Shown: positions 1 through 12,500, counted from the whole stretch's first letter. The stretch is 63,647 nt of DNA, filler included, from Reticulomyxa filosa (GCA_000512085.1; 21 parts of 21 records of this genome joined end to end with filler, not necessarily neighbours in it), one strand, 5' to 3'. Numbers and translations are program-made. Notes: a model not told the origin generated them from the sequence alone.

Positions 1-87
1 TTCGTTTTTTTTTTTTTTTTTTTTTTATAATAATAATGCAGGTTGAGATTGTCACAATGAAATAACAAATAACAAACAAAATTGTAG

Positions 88-437
88 AGGCCCAAAGGAT
101 GGAGTGAAGTTGGCGACATTGTTGACGTATACAGTTAAGTCTTCGTCGTTGAAAGTGTGCAAACGGAGAGAACAAAATGAAAAAACAAAACAAAACAATA
201 ATCCAAATAAAATAAAAAAATAAAGTGGGCGAAGGAAGAGTGAGAATTTGGGCTACGTTGTTCGGTGGTACGTTTGTGATGCACTGCCATTTCCTTCAAC
301 ACGAAGATCTTGGAGGTAAGAGGTGTCTTACACTTTTTTCCCCTTCCTTTGCTATCCTCTTTCCCTTTTATTCCGTCAATCAAAAAAAAAAACAAAAAAA
401 AACAAAAAAATACAACACCAATAACAATCATAATGGC

Positions 438-489
<52 letters not shown>

Positions 490-1239
490 AATAATAATAG
501 CAATGGGAACGATCAAAATAAAAGGGGGTTGTGATGCAAATTGGGGCAATTATGACTCGACGAAGAGTTGCGGATACAAACAAATCCAACAAACTCAGTG
601 CAAGACAGCGAGCCCGACAAGCTTTCCCACTGTGTCGCCGACGACAAGCAAGCCCACAACAAATCCAACAAAGACCCCGACGCGAAAGCCGACTCAAATT
701 CCAACGAAAATTCCAACACGAAAGCCGACTCAACATCCAACGAAGCAACCAACGAAGCAGCCAACAAAGCAACCAACGAAGCAACCAACGAAGCGACCAA
801 CGAAGCAACCAACAAAACAACCAACGAAGCAACCTACAAAGCAGCCAACGAAACAGCCGACATATGCACCGACAAAAAGGCCAACGAGTGCGCCAACAAA
901 AAGGCCGACATATGCACCGACGAATAAGCCAACGGATGTCCCCACGAACAGGCCAACAAATAAGCCAACAAATGAGCCAACAAACTCTCCGACAGATGCA
1001 CCGACAAATAAGCCAACAAACTTGCCCACATGGCAGCCAACAGCAGCACCGACGGATGTTTCGACAGGCGCACCGACAGAAGCCTCGGTGGTCACGTCGA
1101 CAACGACCATGTTTGCGTCGACGACCATGTTTCCCGAAGGCACCACCGACGTAGTGACATCCGAGCCTCCGCTATTGCCAACCGAAGTTGAAACGAGTCC
1201 GTATCCGACATCTGCCCCTTCATCGAAGCCCATTTTCCC

Positions 1240-1270
<31 letters not shown>

Positions 1271-1567
1271 CCGGCTCCAACTCGCTATCCCACTGTTTTA
1301 TTTTTGAGCACCACCAAAGTTCCGACTGTCACCACTCCAAAAATTTTCCAGTCAACAACAAAGAGGCCGACAAATAGAGAAAAGCCAACCACGACAAAGC
1401 CGACCACACAGCCGACGATACCGACTACAACGGAGACTATGAATATGTCAACCACCAATTTTTGGAATCAAACGTCTGTGGTGAACAAGGCTGCATGTCG
1501 TCGATGTCATACAAATTTGGTATTTGCGTTTTTGCCATTTGTTTTGCTTTTGTTGTTTGCACTGTAG
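88..1567 (+). CDS. Multicopper oxidase (laccase-like) C-terminal domain + PT-repeat stalk + hydrophobic C-terminal anchor; 5' truncated, spliced
   Basis: Exons ~88-133, 226-315 and 501-1567, joined by GT-AG introns, give ...GWSEVGDIVDVYMGEGRVRIWATLFGGTFVMHCHFLQHEDLGAMGTIKIKGGC..., which matches the HCHxxxHEDxGxM copper-site signature. This is followed by xPTxxPT repeats, poly-Thr and LVFAFLPFVLLLLFAL*. Confidence 0.85.
436..500. repeat. (AAT)n microsatellite in intron
   Basis: Long AAT run ending at the acceptor AG at 499-500; source of the spurious poly-I/L/N ORFs. Confidence 0.9.
610..1085 (+). repeat. Coding 12-nt tandem repeat (PTKQ/PTxx, PT repeat)
   Basis: Repeated ccaacgaagcaa-type units encoding PTKQ PTKQ PTKR etc. 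Confidence 0.92.
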
Positions 1568-1809
1568 AAAACGAAGTAGAATAGTCAAAGGGGTCTGCAT
1601 AGATACCATGTAGTTTTATTAATAATCAATAACAACGACAAAAAAAAAGTAATCGTCATTAATCAAAGTAAAAAAAAAAAAAACAAGTAAAAATAAACTT
1701 TTGTTATTGTTATAATTTTATAGAGTGACTAGGTTATGTATTACTCATGTGCAATTCTTGCACAGTTAGTAGTGCATCTGCACTACAACATGACACTCCT
1801 TCCTTTCCT

Positions 1810-1847
<38 letters not shown>

Positions 1848-1947
1848 NNNNNNNNNNNNNNNNNNNNNNNNNNNNNNNNNNNNNNNNNNNNTTAATTAAT
1901 TAANNNNNNNNNNNNNNNNNNNNNNNNNNNNNNNNNNNNNNNNNNNN
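1848..1947. other. Artificial contig linker (N44-TTAATTAATTAA-N44), first of 20
   Basis: Identical 100-nt spacers with stops in all six frames at 1848, 5564, 8320, 10674, 12609, 14456, 21815, 23626, 33663, 39509, 42289, 43988, 45955, 49730, 51255, 53701, 55005, 56368, 57536 and 61698. ORFs ending in XXX...LIN are linker artefacts. Confidence 0.98.
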
Positions 1948-2149
1948 AAAGAATGTTGATTTTTTAATAACTTTTTTTTTTTGGATGAAATCAATATCAT
2001 ATTTAAAAACTACAAGACTTGTAGATATTTTTTTAAAAAAATTAGGTCTAAATGTTGATTTTTCATTGATAAAATCAATTATCATCATAAGATATGTTTT
2101 AGGCGTTCAGTTTTCTTTGCAACCTACTGTATATACCCCAACGAAGAAT

Positions 2150-4720
2150 TCGTTTTAACTCGTAAGACGAACTCATTTATTTGTTTTTACTATTTGGCAA
2201 CGTTGTTATTTAGAGACTTTGTGAAGTCATATGTGGAACTTCACATTGGCAAGAAAAAAAAGATATGCTGGAGATGAATCAACGAAAGTACTCATTCGAC
2301 TAAAAATACTAGTAGGTGCCCCGCTTGAAAATCTAAAAAGAGACTTCCTAGAATATGATTGTAAGATTATCATCACATCAATATCATATTGAAGATGTGA
2401 TTCACTTGAAAACCTTAGTATCAAGTAAACACTGAGACCTTTAGAATAAAGATTCCATAAGAAGAAAACAAAGAAATAAATCAAAATGAAACAGATCAAA
2501 ACGAAATAAACTAAAACAAAAATGGCAAGAATGATGACAATGTGAACTAAAAAAGTAATTAAAAAGAAAAGGCCTGAAAGTAATTGCTCACCAGCAAGTA
2601 CGTATCAAAATATTAGAACCAAGGAAGAAAATAAAGAAAATAAGTATTGGTATGCAAAAGAATGATATTATGAAAGACATCACCAATGAACTAGACGAAG
2701 AACAGCAATCGGAATCAGAAAGCGCAAGCACAAATACTGATGACGATAATGAACCGCAAAAGCCAATCGAACACGAACCAAGACGATAAGCTAAAAATCG
2801 AAAAATAATTAATGCGCTGAAAAAGGAAAATGACAACTTACGTACACAAATGGAAAAATTGGATAGCAGTTACAACTAATTGATTCAAAAAATGCAAAAT
2901 GAGATAAATGAACTCAAGAAACAAAATAGTTTATTGAATGGAAATGGATAGAAAAAAGATATAGATGATACAGCAGTAATAACAAAAATACGAATCAAAA
3001 GAATGATGCGCCATTGAAGGAACAATCACAAAACATGTAAGCAAAGGTAGTATTATTCGTTTGGATATTTAATAACTATTTGAATTTCTGATATAATTAA
3101 TATATTGACTTAATGTGTAGTACAAAAACAGGACCTTGGAAGAACCAAGTTTCATACTTATATTAATGGAACTATGAGATATATCACTGGAAGTAAAAAA
3201 CAAAACAACAGAGCAAAAGTAGTCGAGAATGCAAGAAAGTCAATAGAAAATAAAAATGCAAAAGGAGTATTGTGCAGACATATATAATGAAGAAAGAGCA
3301 AGAATAACAAGCAAGTTAAAAAAGACAACTTCTTCTTACCAAGATGAAACAACCAAATTAATGGATATAAGAGACTGAACAATGACAGACGATTTGAACA
3401 TTACCAACCAAGAAGTATAAACCAATACATGAATAACCCACAAAGAAGACATTGGCAATACAACAATGTAAACGGATACTAATACAAATATACAAGATAA
3501 AGAAATAACATATCAAATTTATACCAATCGAAAGCTTGGAAAGTGGACTAGCAAGAAAAGGTTGATAATGACCATAATAATAACAGAATATAATAAATAA
3601 AGATGACGAAATGTCAGATCGAAGATCGAACTGGACATAGTTCAACTATTGTCAACCATAATATCTATCTAAATATTGTAAATAACTCCGAATCAAGGAA
3701 CCAGTTCATTATCATGTTTATCATAAATAAATAAATTATAATTATAATAAAAATATAGTAGTAGACCCAAACATAAAAGAAAGCACAAATAAAATAAAAT
3801 TAATGTATTATTCTTAAATATGATAGTTAACTTTAATGAAAAATTTAAAACAATATGCATTATGCAAATTCATAGAAAACGAATTTACGGATTTTGTAGT
3901 ATGCTTTGATACAAATTAAAATAAAATATTAGTACAAAATAAAAAAAAAGACAATGTGATAACATATCATATGCCATATTTGAAAGATCAAATAAGAAAT
4001 ATACTTAACATATCATTTAGTAATGTGATTTGTATAATAACTATCAAAAATAGACACTATTTGCTAAACAATCAATTTGCAACAATAATGTTATGCAATA
4101 ATAATACACAAATATAATTTAATTATAATATTTGTATATGTTCCGCATAATGATGACATAATAAATAATGAAATAATTAATAATACAATACATACAATTA
4201 ATAATTTGGTACAAGTGTCCAATATAACGAAGTATGCGATATTGATAATGTGATATTTAAATGCAAGAATGTTTGAAACATGATACAAAATAAATAGTAA
4301 TGGTAACCTATTAAAAGAATGGTGCAGAACAAACAATCTAAAAATATTAAATATAATACATACAAAAGGGCAAATAACGTACCATAATAATAAAGAACAA
4401 TCACTAGCATCATCAATAATAGTATTAAATGAAAACTATTCCAAATATTGTGAAATAATAACATAAAGCAGCATAATTGTAGCACATGGCGATTGTAGCT
4501 TAAAACCCTTCCAAATAAAGGCATGTGCATGTTAGTTATATTCACTGATCAGTCTTTGTTCGTCCTACATACAAATGATATGATTAATGAGATAATAACA
4601 ACAGAATAGAATAATACATATAATATAATGACGCCAACCTGCTTGCTATACGCAGACTACATCTTGATATTGACAAATAAAAAGGATTTCAACAATAAAA
4701 TTCTAAAAAAAAATAAAGGG
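2150..4720 (+). mobile_element. Degenerate non-LTR retrotransposon (LINE) relic with RT motifs; boundaries approximate
   Basis: Same-frame RT-like motifs SLFVLHTNDMINEI (~4553-4594) and CLLYADYILILTN (4640-4678; YADD changed to YADY), with an in-frame stop between them. A broken charged/coiled-coil ORF1-like region lies upstream (~2600-3000). Confidence 0.65.
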
Positions 4721-4961
4721 TCACTTAAGAATTTTCTTAATTAATATACATTGTATATATACAAAATTTGATTGTACTTAAGAAAATACGTAAAACATGA
4801 TAGCCATTGAAATTTAATTGCTATTTCTTGATTAAAAGTTTGATATATTTCGTATTTTTTGTTTTTTAAAGTTTTGCTGACATATTTTAATTTGAAAGAA
4901 ATTCGATTGAAATATTAGTTAAATGCGAATGAGTGACTGAATGGAAAAAGCTATAATTTGG

Positions 4962-5418
4962 TTATCTTGTAGTTTTTTGGATCTTAAATGGAGACAGTTG
5001 TATTTCTCTGTAATGGTCATGTTTTAAGTTGTCAACCATTAAAACACAATTTGGAAACAACCAGCGCGTACTTCCGTCTCTGTATCCGACGACGTGTACA
5101 GTTCCTTTGTGTTTAGGTCCTTCGAGCAATACTTTGATGTTGCAAGAGCGACTCGTCAGCTTGCCTTTCCATCCATCAGGTTGCAAAGACACAGGTATAC
5201 CAAGTGTCCTCTTGACAACGATGTGATTTTTTAATTCATCTTGAATGTATAAAGTTAAGCCAGGAGGAGAGTTGAAGTAAAACCTGCTAATTAGGATGAG
5301 AGCAATGATAGGGACGAACATCCACGCATGTTGAAAGAAGCCTTGTAATTTTTCACGACGTGACTGTTTAAACCATTCCATAATGGGGAACAAATCGGGC
5401 GGACATAATATTACCGCT
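4962..5418 (-). CDS. Coa1/Tim21-like mitochondrial inner-membrane assembly factor (5' end uncertain)
   Basis: Single TM (WMFVPIIALILISRFYF) followed by ELKNHIVVKRTLGIPV...LEGPKHKGTVHVVGYRDG..W, the Coa1/Tim21 pattern. Confidence 0.65.
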
Positions 5419-5517
5419 TTTTGTTTGTTTGTTTAATTTTTGAAATTTGAATTTTATTAAAGTATCAAAATATATACATATATGTACATATGCATATATG
5501 TATATGTACATATATGC

Positions 5518-5557
<40 letters not shown>

Positions 5558-5663
5558 GTATTTNNNNNNNNNNNNNNNNNNNNNNNNNNNNNNNNNNNNN
5601 NNNNNNNTTAATTAATTAANNNNNNNNNNNNNNNNNNNNNNNNNNNNNNNNNNNNNNNNNNNN

Positions 5664-5702
<39 letters not shown>

Positions 5703-5705
<3 letters not shown>

Positions 5706-6251
5706 TGGTACGTTCAGATCCCAATCGGTTTCTACTGATATCCAAATTTTGCAAGCTGCGACTGCGGGCTAAGATAGTGCTCAGTTCTTTAGCCCCGTCA
5801 TCGCCAAATCGATTGGCGCTCAGATTTAACGACAAAAGTATCTTGTTCCTTTCCAATCCCCGCCGAATGTACTTGATTCCGCGGTCATAGATTTCACAGT
5901 TTTCCAAATCCAAATGCAACAACTTGTTATTGATACTCAAAGCCTTGCCCAAGAACACACAGCCGGCGTCACTGGTCAAATTGAAGGATAACAGCAGCGT
6001 ATGCAAGCTTGTACGTTGCTCATTTTGTTGGTGGTACACTGTGTAATAATCAAATGTGATATCGTTGGTTTGTGGATTTTGAATGGCCGGGGTAAAGTTG
6101 TACTTGTTCAAATCGATTGCAGGACTGAGTAAGGTTTGGCATATGGCCAGCGTGCCACTCACACCAATTTCATTTCCTAAAAGTTGTGATATGTATTGTA
6201 TGTATTGACATATGCATAGATACGCACAATATGCACACCCATTCGATTACG

Positions 6252-6282
<31 letters not shown>

Positions 6283-6954
6283 GTATATGTACATATATAT
6301 TATTTTTTTCTTTCTATGTCTTGCAATTAGTTTGTGCTTGAAAAAAAAAATCCAAAAAAAGGGGGTACCCCTCACGTCCCCTCCTTCCCTCCCCTCCAAA
6401 AAAAAAAAAAAAATACCCATCAGGTCCAACACTTCCAAATTTTGATGAATAGTGCATTGATACAATCCGTCCATTAACAGTTTGATACCGTTGCTTTGTA
6501 ATGCACACCACCGAAGCTTGATTTCCTTAATATTGGAATAAGCGTTTCCGCTATGTGACAGAACGTGGTGCCACAAGTGCATTTGCTCCAATCTCACTAC
6601 TTTTTTATTAAACATTGTGTCATCCAATTTGCCTTGTTTGTGACATTTTTCAAATGTTTTGGACAACATATGTATCCATTCCCTATCGCTTTTGCTATCT
6701 GATGGCTTTGGTACTACTACGCTCACATTCGCTTCATTTAGAGTGTTACCTTCCCCTACATCACTATCCCCGTTTTGGTGCAAACTTTCATTGTTTGCTA
6801 AAAATGGTTCATTACGCCCATGATATTCTCTTGGCTCTCCCCCTGTACTTCCTTTTCTCTTCTTCTCTGCATTATTATTTTCAACTCCCTGAGGATTTTC
6901 TCTCTCATTTTCCTCTTCCATGGAATCAACACTCCCCAAACGACGAGTTTTCAT
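5703..6954 (-). CDS. RNI-like leucine-rich repeat protein; spliced, 3' truncated
   Basis: LRRs LEVLDLMG|NEIG, LLHLDLENCEIYDRG, LLSLNLSANRFGDDGA and LQNLDISRNRLG; (TA)n-rich intron ~6180-6416. Confidence 0.85.
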
Positions 6955-7629
6955 TCCCCTTTTTTTGTTCTTATTAATCTATTTTGTTGGGTGTACGTAC
7001 GTTGAGTTCTTTTTAGCTTAAAACAAACAAAAAAAAAAAAAAAAGGAAGAGGACGGAAAAAAAAAAAAAAAAAAGGTAGTCAACTCCAAGCGATTACTTA
7101 AAAATATGAAATTATCTCTATGCTTTCGTTTGCAAAGACAATCAAAAATTAGTCTGTTTTTTTCTCTCAACGAAAAATCATGGAAGAATCCATCCACTTC
7201 GTTCAAACTTTTCTTTTCCTTAACCCCTCTACAGTTTTGGACGAAGAGAACGAGTAAGTTGTGACAAAATTTTCGAAACAAGTTATGGCGAGTTCATGTT
7301 AAAGGCTCAGCTTCAAATATTATGCAGATACATTATCTTTTTTTCTTGCGCAAAGAAAGAACGGCAGAAGCTGCTACGATTGAAAAAAAAGTTACAATGT
7401 GCCCACATTGATAAAATGGTGTATTCTACTGACTGCACGGACAAACATTTTGACACTGTCTTGAATGTGTACTGTTGGCAGTGGTGTTTTTTGGATTTTT
7501 TCATTTGTTTTTCCCCCCTGTTGCAGATTGTAATCAATTTAAAATTAATATCTCCACTCGATGTCTATGTTTACGTGTGGCTCACGCTCTCTCTCTCGAA
7601 GATCATGTAGAATAGAGCACACTCTCCAT

Positions 7630-8319
7630 ATGGCACGCTTCTTTAGTTTTGGTAAAGTAGTTCTTCCTTCCGTTCAAAACGAGCCATTCCAACATTATGC
7701 CCCACATTCGCCCGAAAGGGCCGCTCTCAAAGAAGCTCTAAAAGTTTGGCACTATCTTCACTCGATGAGCAACACAACAAAAAAAAACTGCGCAAAAACT
7801 ACAGAAATGTCGCAGTGAGGTTCCTGAGATCCCTTGCATTATCGGTGGAAAAGAAATAAAAACAGGAGACATTGCCACCCAAGTGATTCCGTCAGAACAT
7901 TCACAAACATTGTGCAAGTACCACAGAGCAACTCCTGACGTAGTGAAGCAAGCAATCAAAGCGGCACAAGAAGCCAAAGATGTGTGGGAAAATATGCCAA
8001 TGGAAGAAAGATTGGCAGTGTTCACAAAAGTTTCTTGATATTTCCATAAATTTCTGTTTTTTTTTTTTTTTTAAATAAAAAAAAAAAAAAAATAGAACAA
8101 AGCAACAATAGTAGTTTGAGAATAATAATACGTAATGACAATAATAAAAGGCATCATGGATATTGTCAAAAGTTCAAAGGTATGAAGTAATGGCAGCAGC
8201 AATGTTGGGAACCGGCAAAACAGTTTGGCAAGCCGAAATTGACGTTGGTGTCGAGATGACAGACTTTTGGAGATTTGGAGCCAAGGCGGTGGAAGAAATA
8301 TATGGTACACAAGTGAAGG
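7630..8319 (+). CDS. ALDH4A1: Delta-1-pyrroline-5-carboxylate dehydrogenase (ALDH4 family), N-terminal part; 3' truncated
   Basis: Exons 7630-7743, 7805-8029 and 8151-8319 give VQNEPFQHYAPHSPERAALKEAL...EIPCIIGGKEIKTG...AAQEAKDVWENMPMEERLAVF...AAAMLGTGKTVWQAEID...DFWRF, typical of P5CDH/Put2. Confidence 0.92.
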
Positions 8320-8419
8320 NNNNNNNNNNNNNNNNNNNNNNNNNNNNNNNNNNNNNNNNNNNNTTAATTAATTAANNNNNNNNNNNNNNNNNNNNNNNNN
8401 NNNNNNNNNNNNNNNNNNN

Positions 8420-8559
8420 GTCAGTGCAATCTCTTCATTGGCATTGGGCTTTCCCTTTGTATGTAGTTGCAACTGTGTCTGTATCTGCATCTGCAATCGT
8501 GCGTTGTCATTTTCAGACTCCGTTTTGGACTCACTCACATTTTCCATCAATCTCATCAT
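8420..8559 (-). CDS. Possible N-terminal fragment of an unknown gene (truncated by linker)
   Basis: Short ATG-initiated ORF running into the gap; no recognisable motif. Confidence 0.3.
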
Positions 8560-8911
8560 TGCCTTTTTTTTCCATTGCTTTTAACTTTGAAGTTAAGAAA
8601 TTTTGATAATAATCTTCGATTATTAAAATAAGAAATTTTGTTAAAAAAAGAATTTCTTATATATGTCGCAAGTTTTTTTCAAAAGATTTTCAACACAAAC
8701 TTTGAAAATAGCGTTTTGTAGTTTTTGACCAGAATTTCAAAGATTATTTCAAAAATGTGATGCACAATTGCAAAAAAGCGAAGTTGCATCTAAAAAAAAA
8801 ATTCCAACGTTTGAAACTGCAAAAAATAAAAAAATACATCGAGTCATTAAAAAATCCAAGTCTAAATACGCTCGTCTGTCGTAAAAGAGAAATTGAAGAG
8901 CTTTTGGAGTT

Positions 8912-10610
8912 TTGTTTATCTTTTTTTTAAAAAAAAAAAAAAAATGGAGTTTAAAAACAAAACAATTCAAAAAAAAAAAAAAAAACAAACAAACAAACAA
9001 ACAAAAAAATGAAAATATTAGCGACTTAAAAAGCGTGAAAGGATCAAAAAAAGTGCATCTGTTACTGATCGGTCGCAGTGGCTCAGGGAAAACAACATTG
9101 CGAATGGCCATCCGAGATTATTTGCTCGATAAACCGTTTGAAGAAGTGATATCGACAGTGGAAAATGAAAAGAAATGGTACAAAGATAACAAGTTGGAAA
9201 AGCCTGAACTTAGCCAGGCACAAACAATTATGTGTATTACAGAAAATTTTTGGAACGATGAGTTTGACGTGCACATAATCGATACTCCTGGATTTTCTGA
9301 CCCGCGAGGATTTGAGCAAGACAAAAAAAACTTTGATTCCATTGCAAAGTATGTGGACACACTACAATTCAACGCGGTACTTGTGGTCATTCCAGTTACA
9401 ACCAATCGTAACAATAAGAAATTGAAAGCAGAGATATCGAAATTGCTGAAACTGTTGTCTGATGACCACAAACGAAATTTCTTTGTAGTTTTTACTTTTT
9501 CCACAAGCAAACCTGACGATGATATGTTGAAAGTTATCCAAGATTTGGGATTGGAGTCATGTCGCTATGTGTACATGCACAACTCCCACTATCAATCCAG
9601 TTTTGATCTGTCTACAGATTCTATCAGTGGCAAAATCTTTTTCGACAATTCCAGAAAAGCAATCCGTCAACTGTTGACAGAATGTTCCAACTTTTTAGTT
9701 TCCTAACTTCTCTTTCTTTATTTGTGTGAATGTATTGTTGGTGGTTGATCTTGGTTTCCGTCTCGTTATACGTACATATGACGTATACGAGCAAGGCCTA
9801 TTGACTATATTGTTATATTTACTAATAGCAAATACAACAATAACAAAATTAAGCTTTTCCAAGGGTTTACTTTCAAAAACACACACTTTCGAGCAAATCG
9901 AAAAAAATTGGCGCTTTTAAAGCTTCGGGTTGAAAGAGAAAACAGAGTCTTAATGATCAATGCTTTGCAAAATGAACTCAATCGATTGATCATTGAACAG
10001 TCTCAAAAACATCAATTGTTTGTCGATTGCTGGCAATTGAAGAACGCCAAAGACAACAAGGTTTCTTATCTCAATGACACTCCTTCTCTTATATATGTAT
10101 AATTTCTTTGTTTAAATTTTTTCGTTTACCACATACGCATACATTTGGGATTTGGGACAGCTGAATATAATTTGCTTGGAATGTTCTCTCTATAAGAAGC
10201 CATGCTGCGTGGGTTGTAAGAAAAAGAAAACAGATAACATTGGAGAATGCGATATCTTTTCTGTTCCACGTATACCACTGCTTTTGAGTGGAACGTCAGC
10301 AATTTTGGCACTAGGAAGAGTTGCAAAAGTTACTGTTAAAAAGATACCATTACTCGGTGGAGTGGCTGTTCTAGCAACGTATTGCTATTTTGCAGAAAAA
10401 TTTAAGTGCAAAAAACAATGCGGTCACTTGCCATCTCAACATGTATTAACTGCTGAAATTCCACAAAAAACACATCGAATCGATCTATTTACTCATTTGT
10501 CTTTCACTAACGAGACTCAGCAGGTCAAGAGTTTAATTCAAAAAGATATTCTACATTTGGAACACGAAAAAAATAATTTGGATAGAAAGCTTAACTCCTT
10601 TTTTTTTTAG
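8912..10610 (+). CDS. AIG1/septin-like P-loop GTPase with coiled coil and Cys/His-rich region; spliced, ends uncertain
   Basis: G1 LLIGRSGSGKTT, G3 IIDTPG, G4-like VVFTFS. Phase-0 GT-AG joins connect these to a coiled-coil exon (~9854-10060) and a Cys-rich exon (CLEC..PCCVGC..C..CKKQCGHLPSQH). Confidence 0.8.
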
Positions 10611-10783
10611 TGGAGTCAGTTTAACGTTTAACTAAGTGTATGTTTTGTAATTGTTCGATTTTGTTACGTTCAANNNNNNNNNNNNNNNNNNNNNNNNNNN
10701 NNNNNNNNNNNNNNNNNTTAATTAATTAANNNNNNNNNNNNNNNNNNNNNNNNNNNNNNNNNNNNNNNNNNNNCCTTTTTTTT

Positions 10784-11310
10784 TTTTTTTTTTTTTGTTT
10801 TCGGTTCGAAACTGACGGCGTTGCTTTCGACCACGCTTTTTGTTCGATGACGAAAGCTTAGAAGCGCCAGCAACTGTTGAACCATGACCAATTTGAGGAC
10901 TTTGCTGCGATGCTCTTGGCGTGTCACACATCGCACAACGCAATTCATTCATTGCATTGATATATGTGCTTTTTTGTTGTTGTTGTTATTATTATTATTG
11001 TGTTGTCTGAATGACTCATTTTTTATTTTACTCTTTTTCTTCTCTCTCTCTCTCTCCACACATACATACAAACAAACACACAAGCTTTGATCATTACCAA
11101 GCGCCACAGCTCCATCCTTTCAAAGGTAACGATGAATTTGCAGTAAGCTGCGTTGATTGTCCTATTCAACATCATCCCCTTTTTTTTTCCTCCTCCCAAA
11201 TAGGCTCGATTAATCAAGCACACAACAAATCAACTCACCATATTTCGTCGTGGTGTTGTTCAATGGCAAAGGTGAAGAACGCAAAGGTCGCAATGGTAGC
11301 TCAGTACTTT
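10784..11310 (-). CDS. RanBP2-type zinc-finger protein fragment; spliced
   Basis: Joining exons across the intron at ~10969-11097 gives WSCGAC-TYINAMNELRCAMCDTPR (W-x-C-x2-C-x3-N-x6-C-x2-C). Confidence 0.75.
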
Positions 11311-11782
11311 GCTTGCTAATTTGGGAAATGGTGACTTAAGGACGGAGAAGAAAGGTTGTCTGGAATATTGTTTGTCCGCTTGCTGCTGGGACAAAAATGC
11401 CGCTCAATTATAGCAATTGAAACTTTGATCGCAAGAACTAAAGGGGGAGAGAAGAAAATTTCTCTATTTTCTGTTACAAAGGACACCGAAATAAATAAAT
11501 AGCTCTCAAGCACGGCAACTAAAGCACTGCATATTAAAACAGGATGTACGTTGTGCACGATTTTACTTTCGTAGTTAATGACCAATGCACTAAACGTCAT
11601 GACAATGGAAAAAGTTTTGATAAGAAAAAGTAACCATTGTGTTCATGTGGCATATAAGTTGTTCAAAGGAAGGAAGAAAAAACAAAAAAGAAAAATATTA
11701 CTGATATTTAATTATCTTCCTCACAAATCAAGCCACTACAAAAAAAGCTCCTTTCTTCTGTCCCTCCTTTTTTTTTTGGATA

Positions 11783-12500
11783 TTAGTGCTTCAATTTCAG
11801 GTGGGCCTTCAACGACTCTTTTCTATAAAGTACAAAATACAAATGCAATGATCTGCATACGGGTTGCCAAAAAACAAAACAAAAAAAAGCGTACCTTGCA
11901 AATGACTTGTGACAGGAAAGACACACAAACGGTTTCACCATTGAGTGAACATGAAGGACGTGGCGGTTCAAGTTTGTGCTGTCGACAAATTTCATGACAC
12001 AGTAATGACAATTGTATATTCTTTCTTGTCGGTGGGTTCTTTCGTGTTTTCGCAAATCCCATGACGTCCCAAACTTTTTGCCACATCCCGTTGTGGAACA
12101 ACAAAACGCTTTTTTGTGAACACGGGTCGTGTGACGTCCTTTTTTTTTTTTTTGGTGTTGTTTGTTTTGTTGTTTAGTCTTTATTTGTTTTATTTTCCTC
12201 CCCCTTTTGCTTTTTCCTTTTTTATGTAAGGTGTCCACAAATGTACCGTTAGACGCTGTAAACAAAAAAAAAAATTAACGCATACCTAATTTCTGTTTTG
12301 AGTCGTAGTATTTATTACACAATTTACAATGGTGAATCGTGTGGGCACTCTTCTGTGAACGGGTACATTCTTTTTTATGTCTGAGACATGCTGGCATGGA
12401 AGGAAAGCATTGCCCACAGCAACGACATAGCACTTCCTTGGGAGAAGCTGGTTTATGCCTTTCCTTGAATAAGCTTGATTTAAAATCTAGAAACCACTAT
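11783..12500 (-). CDS. C2H2 zinc-finger transcription factor; spliced, 5' truncated
   Basis: CSTTGCGKKFGTSWDLRKHERTH, CHYCVMKFVDSTNLNRHVLHVH, CLSCHKSFAR|KESLKAHLKLKH*. The upstream exon has CRCCGQCFPSMPACLRHKKEC and HCKLCNKYY. Confidence 0.88.

Noticed and set aside
610-1085. CRISPR-like periodicity
   Set aside because: Contiguous 12-nt coding repeats without unique spacers, in a eukaryotic context with no cas genes.
135-1280. Many overlapping or antisense ORFs (poly-I, poly-L, WLLR and VGCF repeats); similar cases at 52321-53086, 58154-58715 and 60392-60712
   Set aside because: Shadow frames of microsatellites and coding tandem repeats.
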